Shown here piece by piece: positions 9,805-20,748 of a stretch of DNA of 64,000 nt (its first letter is position 1; the number at the start of each line of letters is the position of its first letter). Both the position numbers and the translations under genes were made by a program. Origin of the DNA: an uncultured Planctomycetota bacterium (lineage in GTDB: Bacteria; Planctomycetota; Planctomycetia; Isosphaerales; Isosphaeraceae); the NCBI GenBank assembly GCA_963823665.1, contig CAWGMQ010000003.1:128001-192000 (forward strand), written 5' to 3'. The notes under the pieces were generated by a model that worked only from the letters and a program-made list of their open reading frames with translations, was not told the origin of the DNA and did not search any database.

Positions 9805-10162
9805 GCACCTGACAAGCCCGTCTCAGTAAAACCACAGATTCCATGCGCCCAGACACACTCATAATAGTTTGGTTCGGTAACTGGTACTATGCCCACGGCC
9901 TGGCTTCGTCGCATTTCCCCGCCACATTTGTCTCACGCACCAGATAGCCGAATTTTCCTGCCTCGTCAAAAAAAGACGGGCCAGTTACCCACCCCCCGCC
10001 TGCTTCAGCGTTGTGGTTCACACTCCGCCGGGGCGTGGATAACTGGCCCGGCATCCTGCCATTAACCACTCATCACGCGGCTAAGCGTAAATCCTTACTG
10101 TGTCAGTCGGATGGCTAAATAGCCTGTTTTCAGGCTGTTTTCGCGTAAGGAGATTCCAGACA

Positions 10163-10472
10163 TCGCGCCAAGAAGCTCGGAAAGGGAGGATCATCTTAAA
10201 TGTGAAACCTTTTAGTCGAACCCTGCGGGTATACAATCCCGTCCGGCAGAGCCTGGCCAGCAGCCGGAAGCCAGTCTTGTATGTGGGGAGGCGACTCTCA
10301 CTGCGAAGCGTAGACAGCGAGATCAAACGCTGTGCGATTGAGCCCCGAAATTTCCCTCTTTGTTCTGAGCCCTCGTCCTTGTCTGACGCGGGGGGCCGCG
10401 CCGGGCATTAGCGACACCTGGACCCACAAGCGTGCCCGGTCAGACCGGGGTCGAGGGACATGGCGAAGGGGG
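10163..10472 (+). ncRNA. 5' fragment (domain I) of a related group II intron
   Basis: Starts TCGCG after ATTCCAGACA; shares ACCCTGCGGGT, GGCAGAGCCTGGCC, CACTGCGAAGCGTAGACAGCGAG, GAGCCCCGAAAT with 2352-3084; putative EBS1 TGTCTG at 10380-10385. Confidence 0.8.
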
Positions 10473-10783
10473 ACCGCGAGGCACCGATCGATCGCAGAAC
10501 GCGAACGGGTGGGAGTTACGGGTGCCTGGCTTCTAAGAAAACCCACTCCAGAGACCGGGCGTCTGGCTCGCCAGAGGTTGGGTGTCAGTCTTCCGCTGTG
10601 CGCGCTGTCGGCCGCGAGTCATCTGGCAATCGCGGGGCGCGAACTGGCGCGAGTCATCTGTGCCTGGCTTTTCCCTGACTCAGTCCGGAGAATGGTAACC
10701 GGCTCGTCTCGGGCTCCTCTCCGTGTCATGTGTGCCTGGCTTTTCCCGGAGCCGAGTCCGAAGAATGGATGTTTGGCTTGCCC

Positions 10784-11422
10784 TTACCAAGTTGCCGGTT
10801 TATGGATCGTTCCGTGGGCATCGGTGAGGGTCCCCGGGAGTTGGCATGTGGGCAGAAGCGAGGTATCCACGAGCAGCGATTTCGTGGCCACCTTGCGTAA
10901 TTCAAAGCTGGGTTTCCGGCCGGGCCTGCACGGATGCAGCACCAGCACGTTCTTTTTGAATTTCTGCCGCACGAGGCGGATCGGCTCCGCCAGGTCGGAA
11001 TCATTGGAGACGATCACCGCTGTTTCATACTCGTCGTCGAAAGCGTCCACCAGTAGGTAGGTCGCAATGTTCACGTCCGACCCTTTCTCCTCGCTCTTCA
11101 TCACCTGCACCGTCTTCGGTCCCGTTGCCGGCATCGGGTGCAACGGCATGCGTGTCGGTTTTTCCAAGTAACTGCCGAGGTGAACCGTCAGATGAGGCAG
11201 GGTCCGCAGGGCACGCAGATAAGTTTGCTGCCGAACCCGTTGTTGCGGATTATTCGACCGGGCGTTGACGTGAGCTGTGAAATAGCGGATGCGAGTGATC
11301 TGATTGCGTGGAGGAGGAAAGGACGCTTGGCAAAAAGTAGCGAGGTCAAGCCATTTATGTGGGGTGCCTTTCAGGCAGCCATAATACAGGTTGAAGCCGT
11401 CGATGTAGACGTTCGTCTTCAT
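10784..11422 (-). CDS. NYN-domain (PIN-like, LabA/DUF88) nuclease
   Basis: VYIDGFNLYYG, EEKGSDVNIA, IVSNDSDLAE acidic catalytic motifs. Confidence 0.92.
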   Translation of the reverse strand: MKTNVYIDGFNLYYGCLKGTPHKWLDLATFCQASFPPPRNQITRIRYFTAHVNARSNNPQQRVRQQTYLRALRTLPHLTVHLGSYLEKPTRMPLHPMPATGPKTVQVMKSEEKGSDVNIATYLLVDAFDDEYETAVIVSNDSDLAEPIRLVRQKFKKNVLVLHPCRPGRKPSFELRKVATKSLLVDTSLLPTCQLPGTLTDAHGTIHKPATW

Positions 11423-11435
11423 CCATGATCGCTTG

Positions 11436-11507
11436 GGGAAAAGCTAGGGCCACCCGGTGAAGGGTGGCCCTGCTACCCAACCGCCGAAGTGGTTGGGGGG
11501 GTGATGT
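11436..11507 (-). ncRNA. Putative ~70-nt leader RNA: cUUCGg hairpin plus terminator-like hairpin
   Basis: CCCAACCAC-TTCG-GCGGTTGGG (11476-11497); AGGGCCACCC-TTCACC-GGGTGGCCCT (11446-11471) followed by AGCTTTT. Confidence 0.6.
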
Positions 11508-11513
11508 AAGCAT

Positions 11514-11542
11514 ATTATGCTTCAAAATGACCGGATTGTCAA
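11514..11542 (-). promoter_or_regulatory. Near-consensus sigma70 promoter
   Basis: TTGACA-17 nt-CATAAT on the minus strand. Confidence 0.75.
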
Positions 11543-12025
11543 CAACGGCATTCTAGTGGCGTCGAATCGCAGCATGTAGGTTCGCTTGTGAAGCATGGCA
11601 CCTGTGCGACTGGGTGCTCAATGATCCCCACTCCTCGAATGCAGCAAGGAAGGAAATACGCCGTTCGGCGCACAACCACGGCCTCTGGTCATTTCCAGCA
11701 CGCAAGAGACGCGTGTCCGACGCTCCGCCGACGGTGGTTTCTGACATCCGTGGACGGCCCATACAAGGATTCCCGATCGCGGCGCCGGCGAGTACCGCGC
11801 GAGTGAGTTCACGCTTCGCTGAACGAGCATTTTCCGAAAAGGGCGCGCGCTCTCCCCGCTGGATTTCCGCCTTGATCTCTGGGGGAGTGTCAGAGATTTT
11901 GGTGTGGCCCGGCCGTTCATCCGGCTCGCCCGTTCAACTTTCGTTGACGGAGGAGTCGCATGCTGGGGATCGATCTCGCTCTCGGGCGGCCGAGCGTGAA
12001 ACCACCGATGGCGGAGGCTTGCGCG

Positions 12026-12258
12026 ATGCGTGACTCGAATCGACGTGGCTTCCTGGCAACCTCAGCCGCGGCGGCAGCCGCGCCACTCTTGCCGGATCTT
12101 GGCTTTCTTGCCCCGGTCAGCCGGGCGGCCGCCACCGATACGCGAATCGACCCCAATCAGGTCCGCCATAGCCCGAGCATCGGTCAGTTGATCAAGCTGA
12201 TCCAAACGACGCCACGGGACAAGTGCGTCCCCGTCTTCCTCGAGCAACTTCAGGCCGG
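12026..12258 (+). pseudogene. N-terminal fragment of a Tat-exported hypothetical protein, cut at a CAGACACCC repeat
   Basis: MRDSNRRGFLATSAAAAAAP twin-arginine signal; reading becomes repeat-derived at GGGTTTCAGACACCC. Confidence 0.6.
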
Positions 12259-12358
12259 GGGTTTCAGACACCCGCATTTCCCTCTGTGAGGGAATTCAGG
12301 CGGCTGACAGCGCCCAGGAGCTTGCAAGGAAATTGTGGATGTCTGCAACTCCCGTCGA

Positions 12359-13492
12359 TCAACGCACTCGCGGAAGCGTGCTCGGCGCGAGGCGATAAAC
12401 CATCGACTTCAACCAGACCCCGATCTCGAGCACATCCACGTCTCCATTCTGGCTGAGCGCCGTCCATTTCGGGATCGGGTTAGCAACAGTGCCGCGGGGG
12501 ATGGATTCGGTCAGGCTGTAGGCCGTGGCCACGCCCTTGGGATTGATGCGGCCGATCGCGTAGCCGTTCAACGTCGAGAACCAGAGCGAACCATCGGCCG
12601 ATCCCAGATACGTGTAAAATGCGCTGGCAATCGCGGCAGGGAGCTTGTAAGGCGTGATGGTCCCGGCGGTCGACACCCGATCGACCACGTTCTGCCCCTT
12701 CGCGTTGGCAGCGGTCACGATCAGAGTGCCGTGTGGCCCATTCCCCACCTTCGCATAAGCCGCGTGATTGATCGGGAATTCAGTGACGGCGCCCGCTGGC
12801 GAGAGCCGGCCGAGGACCGAGTTATTGCCGGAGAGCTCGGTGAACCGGAGATTGCCGTCGGCTCCCACCGTGAGCGAGTTGAGTACCGTTTGGGGACCGA
12901 CGGACGGGAGGGGGAAAACCGTGATCGCTCCAGCGTTCGTCACCAGGTCGACGTAGTTCTGGTTCTGGCCGGACGCATTCTGGCCATTCCAACCGAACCA
13001 GGCGTCGTCGCCGGAACCGCTGACGATCCCGACCGGCAAGGTGAATCCTCCGGAAGGATCAGGAACCGCAAATTCGGTGACTGCACCGACCGGCGTCAGT
13101 TCGCCAACGAAAACGTTCAGGCTTTCATTAGAGGTGGAAGCATAATTTAACCCCGCGAACCACACGTTGCCATCCGACCCAGCCGTGAGCATGAAGGCAA
13201 ATGCGTTGCCGGGGACGGGGAACGACGTGAGCTTACCGCTGGGGCTGATCCGATCGATCTCGTGTGACAAAGGGTTTGCGGCGAACCACCCAGGGTCTTC
13301 GCCGAGCCACAGGTTTCCGCCCGGACCGGAGGCCACCTGCGACGGGTAGTCGGACAGCGTCACAGGCAGATCGATCGCCTGCGACAAGAGCCGGCGGCCT
13401 TCGAGGTCTTCGATGGCGAACGGCCGGCTGCGTTTCGGTGGCCGTCGTGATGGGCGGGGGAGCGACTTCAACGCGGAGAAGAACCATGCCAT
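12359..13492 (-). CDS. Vgb (virginiamycin B lyase)-like beta-propeller protein with planctomycete N-terminal motif
   Basis: EDLEGRRLLS; repeated GPGGNLW / GSDGNVWF / GADGNLRF / SADGSLWF blades. Confidence 0.8.
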   Translation of the reverse strand: MAWFFSALKSLPRPSRRPPKRSRPFAIEDLEGRRLLSQAIDLPVTLSDYPSQVASGPGGNLWLGEDPGWFAANPLSHEIDRISPSGKLTSFPVPGNAFAFMLTAGSDGNVWFAGLNYASTSNESLNVFVGELTPVGAVTEFAVPDPSGGFTLPVGIVSGSGDDAWFGWNGQNASGQNQNYVDLVTNAGAITVFPLPSVGPQTVLNSLTVGADGNLRFTELSGNNSVLGRLSPAGAVTEFPINHAAYAKVGNGPHGTLIVTAANAKGQNVVDRVSTAGTITPYKLPAAIASAFYTYLGSADGSLWFSTLNGYAIGRINPKGVATAYSLTESIPRGTVANPIPKWTALSQNGDVDVLEIGVWLKSMVYRLAPSTLPRVR

Positions 13493-13864
13493 GATCGAGC
13501 CTCCATGCTTGAATGAGTCCGGGTTGTGGGCTCTCTGACGTGTTTATCGCTGACGTCGCCAACATGTACAAGGCCAATCGCGAGTTACCGTTCGGAGAAA
13601 CCAGCTTTGGCGCGAATACGAGCGCGGACTTGGTCCGCTGTGGGTGCTGATACTCAGCAGCATCACGGACGTGTTCGCGATGCTTCCGAACAAGACCAAG
13701 GACCCTTCTCCCGAAGAGGCCAAGAGGTGTCGGAAAGTTAGCGATGAGGCTTGCAGGATGAGCTTCGCTTTGTTGCAGACTTCGGCCAACCAGGCGGCTT
13801 TCATGCAGGCCGCTCGCAGCCTGCTTTGTGTCAAGGCGACGCGCGACCCGCACGACCTCCAGTA

Positions 13865-14008
13865 CGTGGGCGAAGCCTCGACCCACACGTCGAGATCCTT
13901 CGTGTAGCGCGGCTCCGTGTACTTAATCACCGCAAATCCGCCTACGACGAGGTAGCGAACTTTATGCTCGTTGAAAACTCTCAACAGATCTTTGAAGTCT
14001 GAGTTCAT
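13865..14008 (-). pseudogene. Truncated nucleotidyltransferase
   Basis: YLVVGGFAV...PRYTKDLDVWV, interrupted at the duplicated segment. Confidence 0.7.
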
Positions 14009-14238
14009 CCGGCTTCATGCCTTGTTGTCGGTGATAGAACTCGATCAATTCCCACGCGGCGCGATAAATTGCAGCGTCGCCTTGCCGTTGCCAGTACTCG
14101 ATGTCGAACGAACGATCTGCGTCCTTAATGCGGCCGAATCGCTCCATCACGAAATCAGTCTCGGTGCTTTCGACTGAGGCAGAATTGACATTGAGACTTG
14201 CTTTGGTTGCTTGTGTTTCTCGAGAACGCTTTCTCATG
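13962..14238 (-). CDS. Small partner protein upstream of the nucleotidyltransferase; start uncertain
   Basis: DRSFDIEYWQRQGDAAIYRAAWEL...RLQRSV, overlapping the NTase start. Confidence 0.55.
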
Positions 14239-14743
14239 GCTGATGCCTCGGTTAACCTGGCGCCCGTCGATTCGTCCGCGGGTTGAAACGGTCGGCCTGT
14301 GCGTGGGTCAATTATGCGAAGTCCACCGTATTCTTGGAAGGGTCGGTTCATTCGCAAGGGAAGCTGGAGGTCTAGGCTTGCAGGATGAGCTTCGCCTTGT
14401 TGCAGACTTCGGCCAACCTGGTGGCTTTCATGCAGGCCGCTCGCAGCCCGCTTTGTGTCAAGGCGACGCGGAGACCCGCACGACCTCAAGTATCCCGTGG
14501 CGGCATTCGAAGACACGAGCCTGGCGAATGCGGAGTGGCGCCCCTACCTTCTGGCCTCGTCGGTCCATGCGCTCCACGGTACTGCGAGCGCCGACTCGAC
14601 CGCGCTCGTCCAGGCGCGGAAGGCGCTGATGTAATCGGCACGACTTGCGTCAGCGGAATCCGCGCGGCAACTCGGAAGCACAGTGTATGTTCTTTTTTCT
14701 TTCGAACTGAGCTTGAGTGCGATCGAGCACACGAGCCGAGGGC

Positions 14744-16708
14744 TCATGTTGTTCCGAGCAGGAGAGACGCGACGCTCGCTGCCACCGGCGCCAGGATCGA
14801 AACGCCGGCGCGGAGGTGCTCAACCGCACCTGAACCTATTTGCATGCGTTTTTCGAGGCTCTTGCGGTTGGCGTCCCAACCGGAGAACTTAGCCCAGTCC
14901 AGATCGAACGCGGTGATCGGATACGCCGAATCAATAAGATCGGACCCGACAGAGGCGAGGAGTGTATACAACGGTATGTAGACCAACGCGAGCAGCCCTG
15001 TGAAATATCCTCCCTCGAGCAGCCCGTATTCGGGCGGGAAATGCAGCAGCAGCCCCTCCGGTGGCCAAGATTGCCTGTCGTAAGGCGCCGTTGGCCAGCA
15101 CGGTCAGGGCAATGATCGCTCCCAGCACCGTGATGAAGCGCTGCAAGTAGGCCCGCAAGTCGATAATGGTCTGAATTCCTGCTTGAAGGGAGCTTACGGG
15201 ACGGCCGCCTGTGCCTTTTTCCGTAAACGTTTTCACGGCGCGGCGCGGACGTGCCAGATCCCGGCCATGGCGACCAGCGCGACCGCAGAGGCGAGCGTGC
15301 TCACGATCACCATCTTCAGTTGGTGATGGGCCAAATTGGAGTCGGGCACGATGAGGGTCAGGAAGAAAACGGGCAGGACGAAAAAGAAAGCAGCGGCCGT
15401 GGCCTTCAGCGGGATATCACGATTCAGGCGGACGCCATAGTCCAGCCGCAGCCTCGACCGCCAGCGCCAGACCGGCCCAATAATCGCGGCCCAGAAAGCG
15501 ACCTGACCGGCGACCAGGCAAATCCAGACCAGAGTTTTCGGCGAATGGAGAAACGTCCAGTTCCTCGAAGACAGCCACGGACCGGCCCACATGTAGTCGG
15601 CAGTAATGATCAGGAGCCCGGCAAAGAAGCCAAGGAGTACTCTCATGAGGATCTTGATCGGTATTCGATCCGTGTCGGATTCCTTCAGCGTTGATGGAAA
15701 GCTTACCGCTTCCTGCGTCGAACTGGGATCGCTCACAATCGAGACAGCAGGAGTCATGGCCGAAGCCGTTTCTGGTGCGCTCTTCAGAAACTCCCTCAGC
15801 TCGTCTGCCATGTCTCGAGCTGTTGTGAAACGGTCGGTGGAACGCTTCGACATCGCTTTCAGGCAGATGCGTTCGAGCTCCTTGGGAATCGTGTCGTCGA
15901 TCTGGCGCGGTGGACGAGGTTCGACGGTGGCGATCAGGTCCAGGAGTTCGACGAGGGCCTCGACCTTGTCGTGCGCTTTCGCGATGAACGGTCGTCTCCC
16001 GCTCAGCAATTCGTACAACACGACCCCAAGGCTGAAGATATCGGAGCGCCCGTCAACCCTGTGTCCCTCGCCCAGTGCTTGTTCTGGGCTCATGTACGAG
16101 GGAGTTCCCGCGACTCTTGCGCCGCTGCCAAAGTCCTCTTCCTTGAGCGCCAACCCGAAGTCGGACAGGAATGGCTTCCCCGAAGCATCAATCAGAATGT
16201 TGGCTGGCTTGACGTCGCGATGAACCAAGCCGTGCGTATGGGCGCAATGAAGGGCTTCGGCCACGTTCGCCACCAGCAAGGCGGCGGCGCGGCAATCGAC
16301 CCGTTGTTGTTTCAGTGTTTTCGAGAGGTCGGTCCCGTCGATAAATTTCGAGACAACGTAGCAGGGGCAGTTATCCGTGCTTCCCACATCATGCACTGGG
16401 ACGATGCCGGGATGGTCGAGATTGGCGACCGTGCGAGCCTCGGCCAGATACGCTTCGGTATCTTCGGGTTGCGAGATCAGGCTGGCGTGCGGCACCTTGA
16501 CGGCGACGGGCCGGTTCAGTTGCTCATCGTGAGCGAGATAGACGAGGCCGAAGGCCCCTTGGCCCAGCACTTTCTCGATGCGATAGCGACCGATCCGCTG
16601 GGGATGCTCGGCAGGCGCAGCCCCACGTTGGGAGATCGGTTTCCCTTTGTAGTCCTCCGTCACATCGAGTGCATTGGTTTCGTCCACGTCTGCTGTCGCC
16701 ATGCTCAC
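14744..16708 (-). CDS. Ser/Thr protein kinase with multi-TM C-terminus (apparent frameshifts near 15240 and 15040)
   Basis: LGQGAFG, VAVK, HRDVKPAN, DFG, GTPSYMSPEQ; hydrophobic helices continue through ORFs 14931..15236 and 14744..14986. Confidence 0.8.
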
Positions 16709-16993
16709 CCATGCCCGTCATCTTCGTCAGCTCTGGATCAGGTTCGATTTTACAGGCATGATTCGAGATCGGCCACAACCCATCAATCATCGTCAAGCCT
16801 GGGCGGACCTCTATTCGGACGCCGGTTGGTAACAAATTAGTAACGGCTTCGGCAACGTCAGCCGCATACGGCCACATCGTGAAATCACCAAGGTGGCGAC
16901 GCGCTAGCCCTGGATTCGCAGACTTCAGGCGCAGCGGCAACGTTTTCGGGCGGGACTCAAGGAAAAGGGGAGAAGTCAGGGAGAAGTCAGACA

Positions 16994-17031
16994 TTGCGCA
17001 AGAAGCTCGGAAAAGGAGGATCATCTCAAAT
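16994..17031 (+). ncRNA. 38-nt 5' remnant of the intron type seen at 10163
   Basis: CAGACA|TTGCGCAAGAAGCTCGGAAAAGGAGGATCATCTCAAAT matches 10163-10201. Confidence 0.7.
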
Positions 17032-17337
17032 CTCCGCAGATGACGCCGATTGACGCAGATAAGAAAGAAAGGGGCGGCCGTATTTGCTCGGATTGCCTTG
17101 GAGCTGGGACGGTGGCGGCCAGATATTCCGCCGTAGCGGCGCCTTGGGCGGCTGTTACTTAGGCGGGCGATCCAGCCCTTCCTCGCCGATGTCCTCCAGG
17201 AACGCGAGCGTCCCTGCGCAGATGTCGGAACGTCTGCAGCACTTGGTCATACGGCGGGTAGGCCGACAGATCATCCCGAGTCTCGCTGCCCCAGTGATCG
17301 CGCTGGGTGCCGAGGTACGCGACCTTGATGCCGCTGA

Positions 17338-17811
<474 letters not shown>

Positions 17812-18237
17812 GACCTTCGCCGCCCGTACGGAGACCGATGGCCCGACCAGCGGGGTATGGTTTCACAGAGCGCTTACGTGCCGCGGGCTGATGACAGCTT
17901 GCGTAAACGCCAGTCGCACGGCACATGATGAGTTAGACGTGTTGAGGACGAACGATCCGATCGGTCCGGAGATCGTGAGACTCCAGCCTGAGATGTCGGA
18001 CGCGGGGAGAAAATCGCCCAAAGCTCCGTTCGTGGTGATCGTGCCCTCGGCCGTATATCCGTTCTGAGGAGGCGCGGCGGCAGTGGCGGGCGGTGTTGGA
18101 GGAGTGGCCGGGAGATCGGGAGGCGGTTGCGCGGCTGGGCGATGTTGGATCATAGGGTCGGCTATCTGCGGGGCGTGCGGGCGGATGTGATGCCGGTTGC
18201 GCGGGCGGTTACTGGAGGAAGCCGGCGCCTGCAGAGC

Positions 18238-18710
18238 CCGGGGCTTACGCGGGCTCGATCCCGGGGCTGACGCCGGCGGGCTATATGATGTCGCCCGTTT
18301 GGGGCTGGCGTGGCGGTGGGTGCCATTTCGAGGGACCCGGGGCTGACGCGGGCTCGATCTTACGCCGCCGGGCTTTATGATGTCGCCTCTTCGAGGCTGA
18401 CGTGCTGCGCGCGCCGATTCAGGGGCCCCTTACGCCGCCGGGCTATATGATGTCGCCTCTTCGAGGCTGACGTGCTGGCGCGCGCCGATTCAGGGGCCCC
18501 GGGGCTTACGCCGCCGGGCTTTATGATGTCGCCTCTTCGAGGCTGACGTGCTGGCGCGCGCCGATTCAGGGGCCCCGGGGCTTACGCCGCCGGGCTTTAT
18601 GATGTCGCCTCTTCGAGGCTGACGTGCTGGCGCGTGCTTTTCGGGGAACTTCGGGAAACCCGGGGCTTACGCCACCGGGCTATATGATGTTGCCGCTTAC
18701 GCGGCTTCGG
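18238..18710 (+). repeat. Tandem REP-like repeat, ~70-85 bp period, about 6 units
   Basis: TTACGCCGCCGGGCT(T/A)TATGATGTCGCCTCTTCGAGGCTGACGTGCTG at 18360, 18430, 18506, 18582; degenerate units at 18238-18350 and 18667. Confidence 0.9.
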
Positions 18711-18719
18711 AGTTACCCA

Positions 18720-19100
18720 CATATCTCTCATCGCCTTTTGTTTGCGTCGATTCACAGCTACCTCGACCCGTCAAACGGTGCGGCGCTCGCAACGCGCGAG
18801 CTGCTCGAATTGCTGGCGGGGCGCGGGTGGGATTGCCGGGCCTTCACTTGCGGCGTGCTTGACTATCAGAACGAGACGCCCATTGAGAATGTCCTGAGTT
18901 CGATCGAGCGGCCGGGTTCGCGCGTCGGCGCGGCGCTCAGCCTTGGGGGCGAAGCTGAGGTTTTCGATCTGGACGTCGACGGTGTGCGCGTCACGCTCTT
19001 GCCCACGTCGTCCAGCCGCGGCGACAAGTCACCCAATCCGCGGGACGGGGCCATGTACCTCGACCTGGCCACTGCGGTGCTCGATCGGTTTCCGGCCGGA
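18720..19100 (+). pseudogene. Glycosyltransferase (GT4-like) N-terminal fragment
   Basis: RLLFASIHSYLDPSNGAALATRELLELLAGRGWDC; no start or C-terminal domain. Confidence 0.55.
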
Positions 19101-19619
19101 GATTCTGCGACTGGTCCGTTGTCAAATGCGAACCATGCTGGTCGGAACGGGCCAACTGGATGCGGGAATCGCGACGGGCGTCTTTGGCGGGTGACGGGTG
19201 GTGCGTGGCGGGTGGTGCGACTCAATTGAGAATGCGCGTTGGCTCTCGATTCGGGGGTCGCGATCGCTTTGATCGTTGGATTCATTGCGATCGGAATAAA
19301 AAGCCTAGATTTTCTGGGCGATGAAATTGCCGAATCGCGAAAGTCGATCCATGTTATAGGTAGCTCAGTCTCGATCACTGACATCGGAGTCGGTGCGAGG
19401 GGCCACCCATGTCTCTGGAACCGGGAATGATTACCGACGGAAGAGTTCCAGGCGCTCGAAGTGTTCCAGGCGGTCGAAGGCCCTGCCTGTTGACCTGCGC
19501 CCCATTGAATCGGCGCAACCTTGCCCGCGCCGGTGGGCGGGTACAGACTGAATTCAGATCAAGATCGGGATTCAGAATGTGGCCCCTTTACACTAGTGTA
19601 CGGATGCTGGAAGGCAGCC

Positions 19620-20380
19620 GTAAAGCGCCACTTTGCGCCACTTTGTGCCACGTGTTCGACGATCGTTTCGGGTGGACTCATTCTTTGCAAGTTCAATGGG
19701 CGTCAACAAATGGGAACAGGGCGAGGCGTTCTTCGGCGATGGCGCACGCGAGTGGCGCGTGCCACCAAGAAGCGCCACGACAAATCGATGGCTTTGTTCA
19801 CTATGTATTTTCGTCCCTTTTTCGCTGCACTCGGAGGGGTGTCTGGCTTTCCCGATGTTGGCCGGGTTCGGGTCTGAGACAGAAAATGGCGCGGCCATGG
19901 CGTTGGGACGCCCGGGTCCCGAGCAAGCGATGCAAAGCCTTGGCGTGGGATGAGATCGGTGAGTGGAATGTGACTATTTTTGGGCAAATTCGTCTCATTT
20001 CGTCTCATTTCGTCTCACTATCCAATCCATGTGAGAACCGAACGTGACTCCACCTGCATTGAGCAAGATTCTATCAGGCGACGGACGAGGCCCAGTCCGC
20101 ACTGCCGGAAGCGAGCAATTTACAGTAGTGTACTGATGCTTTAAGGCCCTCGTAATATTGCCACTTTTTGCCATTTTTTCGAGGGATTCAGCGATTGCTT
20201 TGGGTAGAGTGGCTGTTCTGTAAATGCAATGAGCGTAATCAAATGGGAATAGAGCGAGGCGTTCTTCGGCGATCGCACTAGCTTTTGGCACGTGCCACTG
20301 AGAATTGCCACGATCAGGTGCTGGTCTTGTTCACTATGTTTTGGGCCGTGATTTCACGGAACTGGAGGAGGATGCCGTTT
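19620..20380 (+). repeat. Non-coding repeat family A (two direct copies; diverged inverted copy ~43230-43480)
   Basis: GCGAGGCGTTCTTCGGCGAT...GTGCCAC...TTGTTCACTATGT at ~19721-19806 and ~20254-20339; GCGCCACTTT 10-bp repeats. Confidence 0.7.
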
Positions 20381-20748
20381 CAAAGCGTGTTGAACGGGCA
20401 GAACATTATGAAATTATTTCAACCTTAAGAACCTATGCTGATTGAAGTTGCGTCTTCACGCCGGTCGCGGAAGTGCGGTCGAAGGGTGTGTCAGACCCAA
20501 ACCCGCGCATAATATTACTTGGCGGAGAGTTCGTCGTCGTCGCGGACGGGCGGTAAGGCGGCGCGAACCTGACCGTATCCTGGGCAACCATGCTGGTTGG
20601 TCCGTGGCTCGAATCGCGCAAGCCGACCGAATCGCGGGAGTGGAGCGCGGAGGCGTCTGGCACGCATCGGTCGATGGCGCGATTGATTGCATGTTGCGTT
20701 GTTTCAAACGCGGGGCGGGAACGCGGGGCTGGACCGGACCGAGAGACA

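Larger units (their letters stand above)
13560..14633 (+). pseudogene. C-terminal fragments of a hypothetical protein split by an insertion between ~113-bp direct repeats
   Basis: ACRMSFALLQTSAN...LCVKAT encoded twice (13747-13859, 14374-14487); second copy continues DPHDLKYPVAAFED...ARKALM* after a 1-nt shift. Confidence 0.55.

Noticed and set aside
2097..12285. Classical integron with attC sites
   Set aside because: No IntI tyrosine recombinase in the window, no RYYYAAC...GTTRRRY boundaries recognised, and the genes are in mixed orientation.
13747..14487. DGR template/variable repeat pair
   Set aside because: Differences between the copies are not confined to adenines, and no DGR-type RT is present.
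18238..18710. CRISPR array
   Set aside because: The sequences between the palindromic parts are near-identical rather than unique spacers, and no cas genes are present; this is a REP-like tandem repeat.
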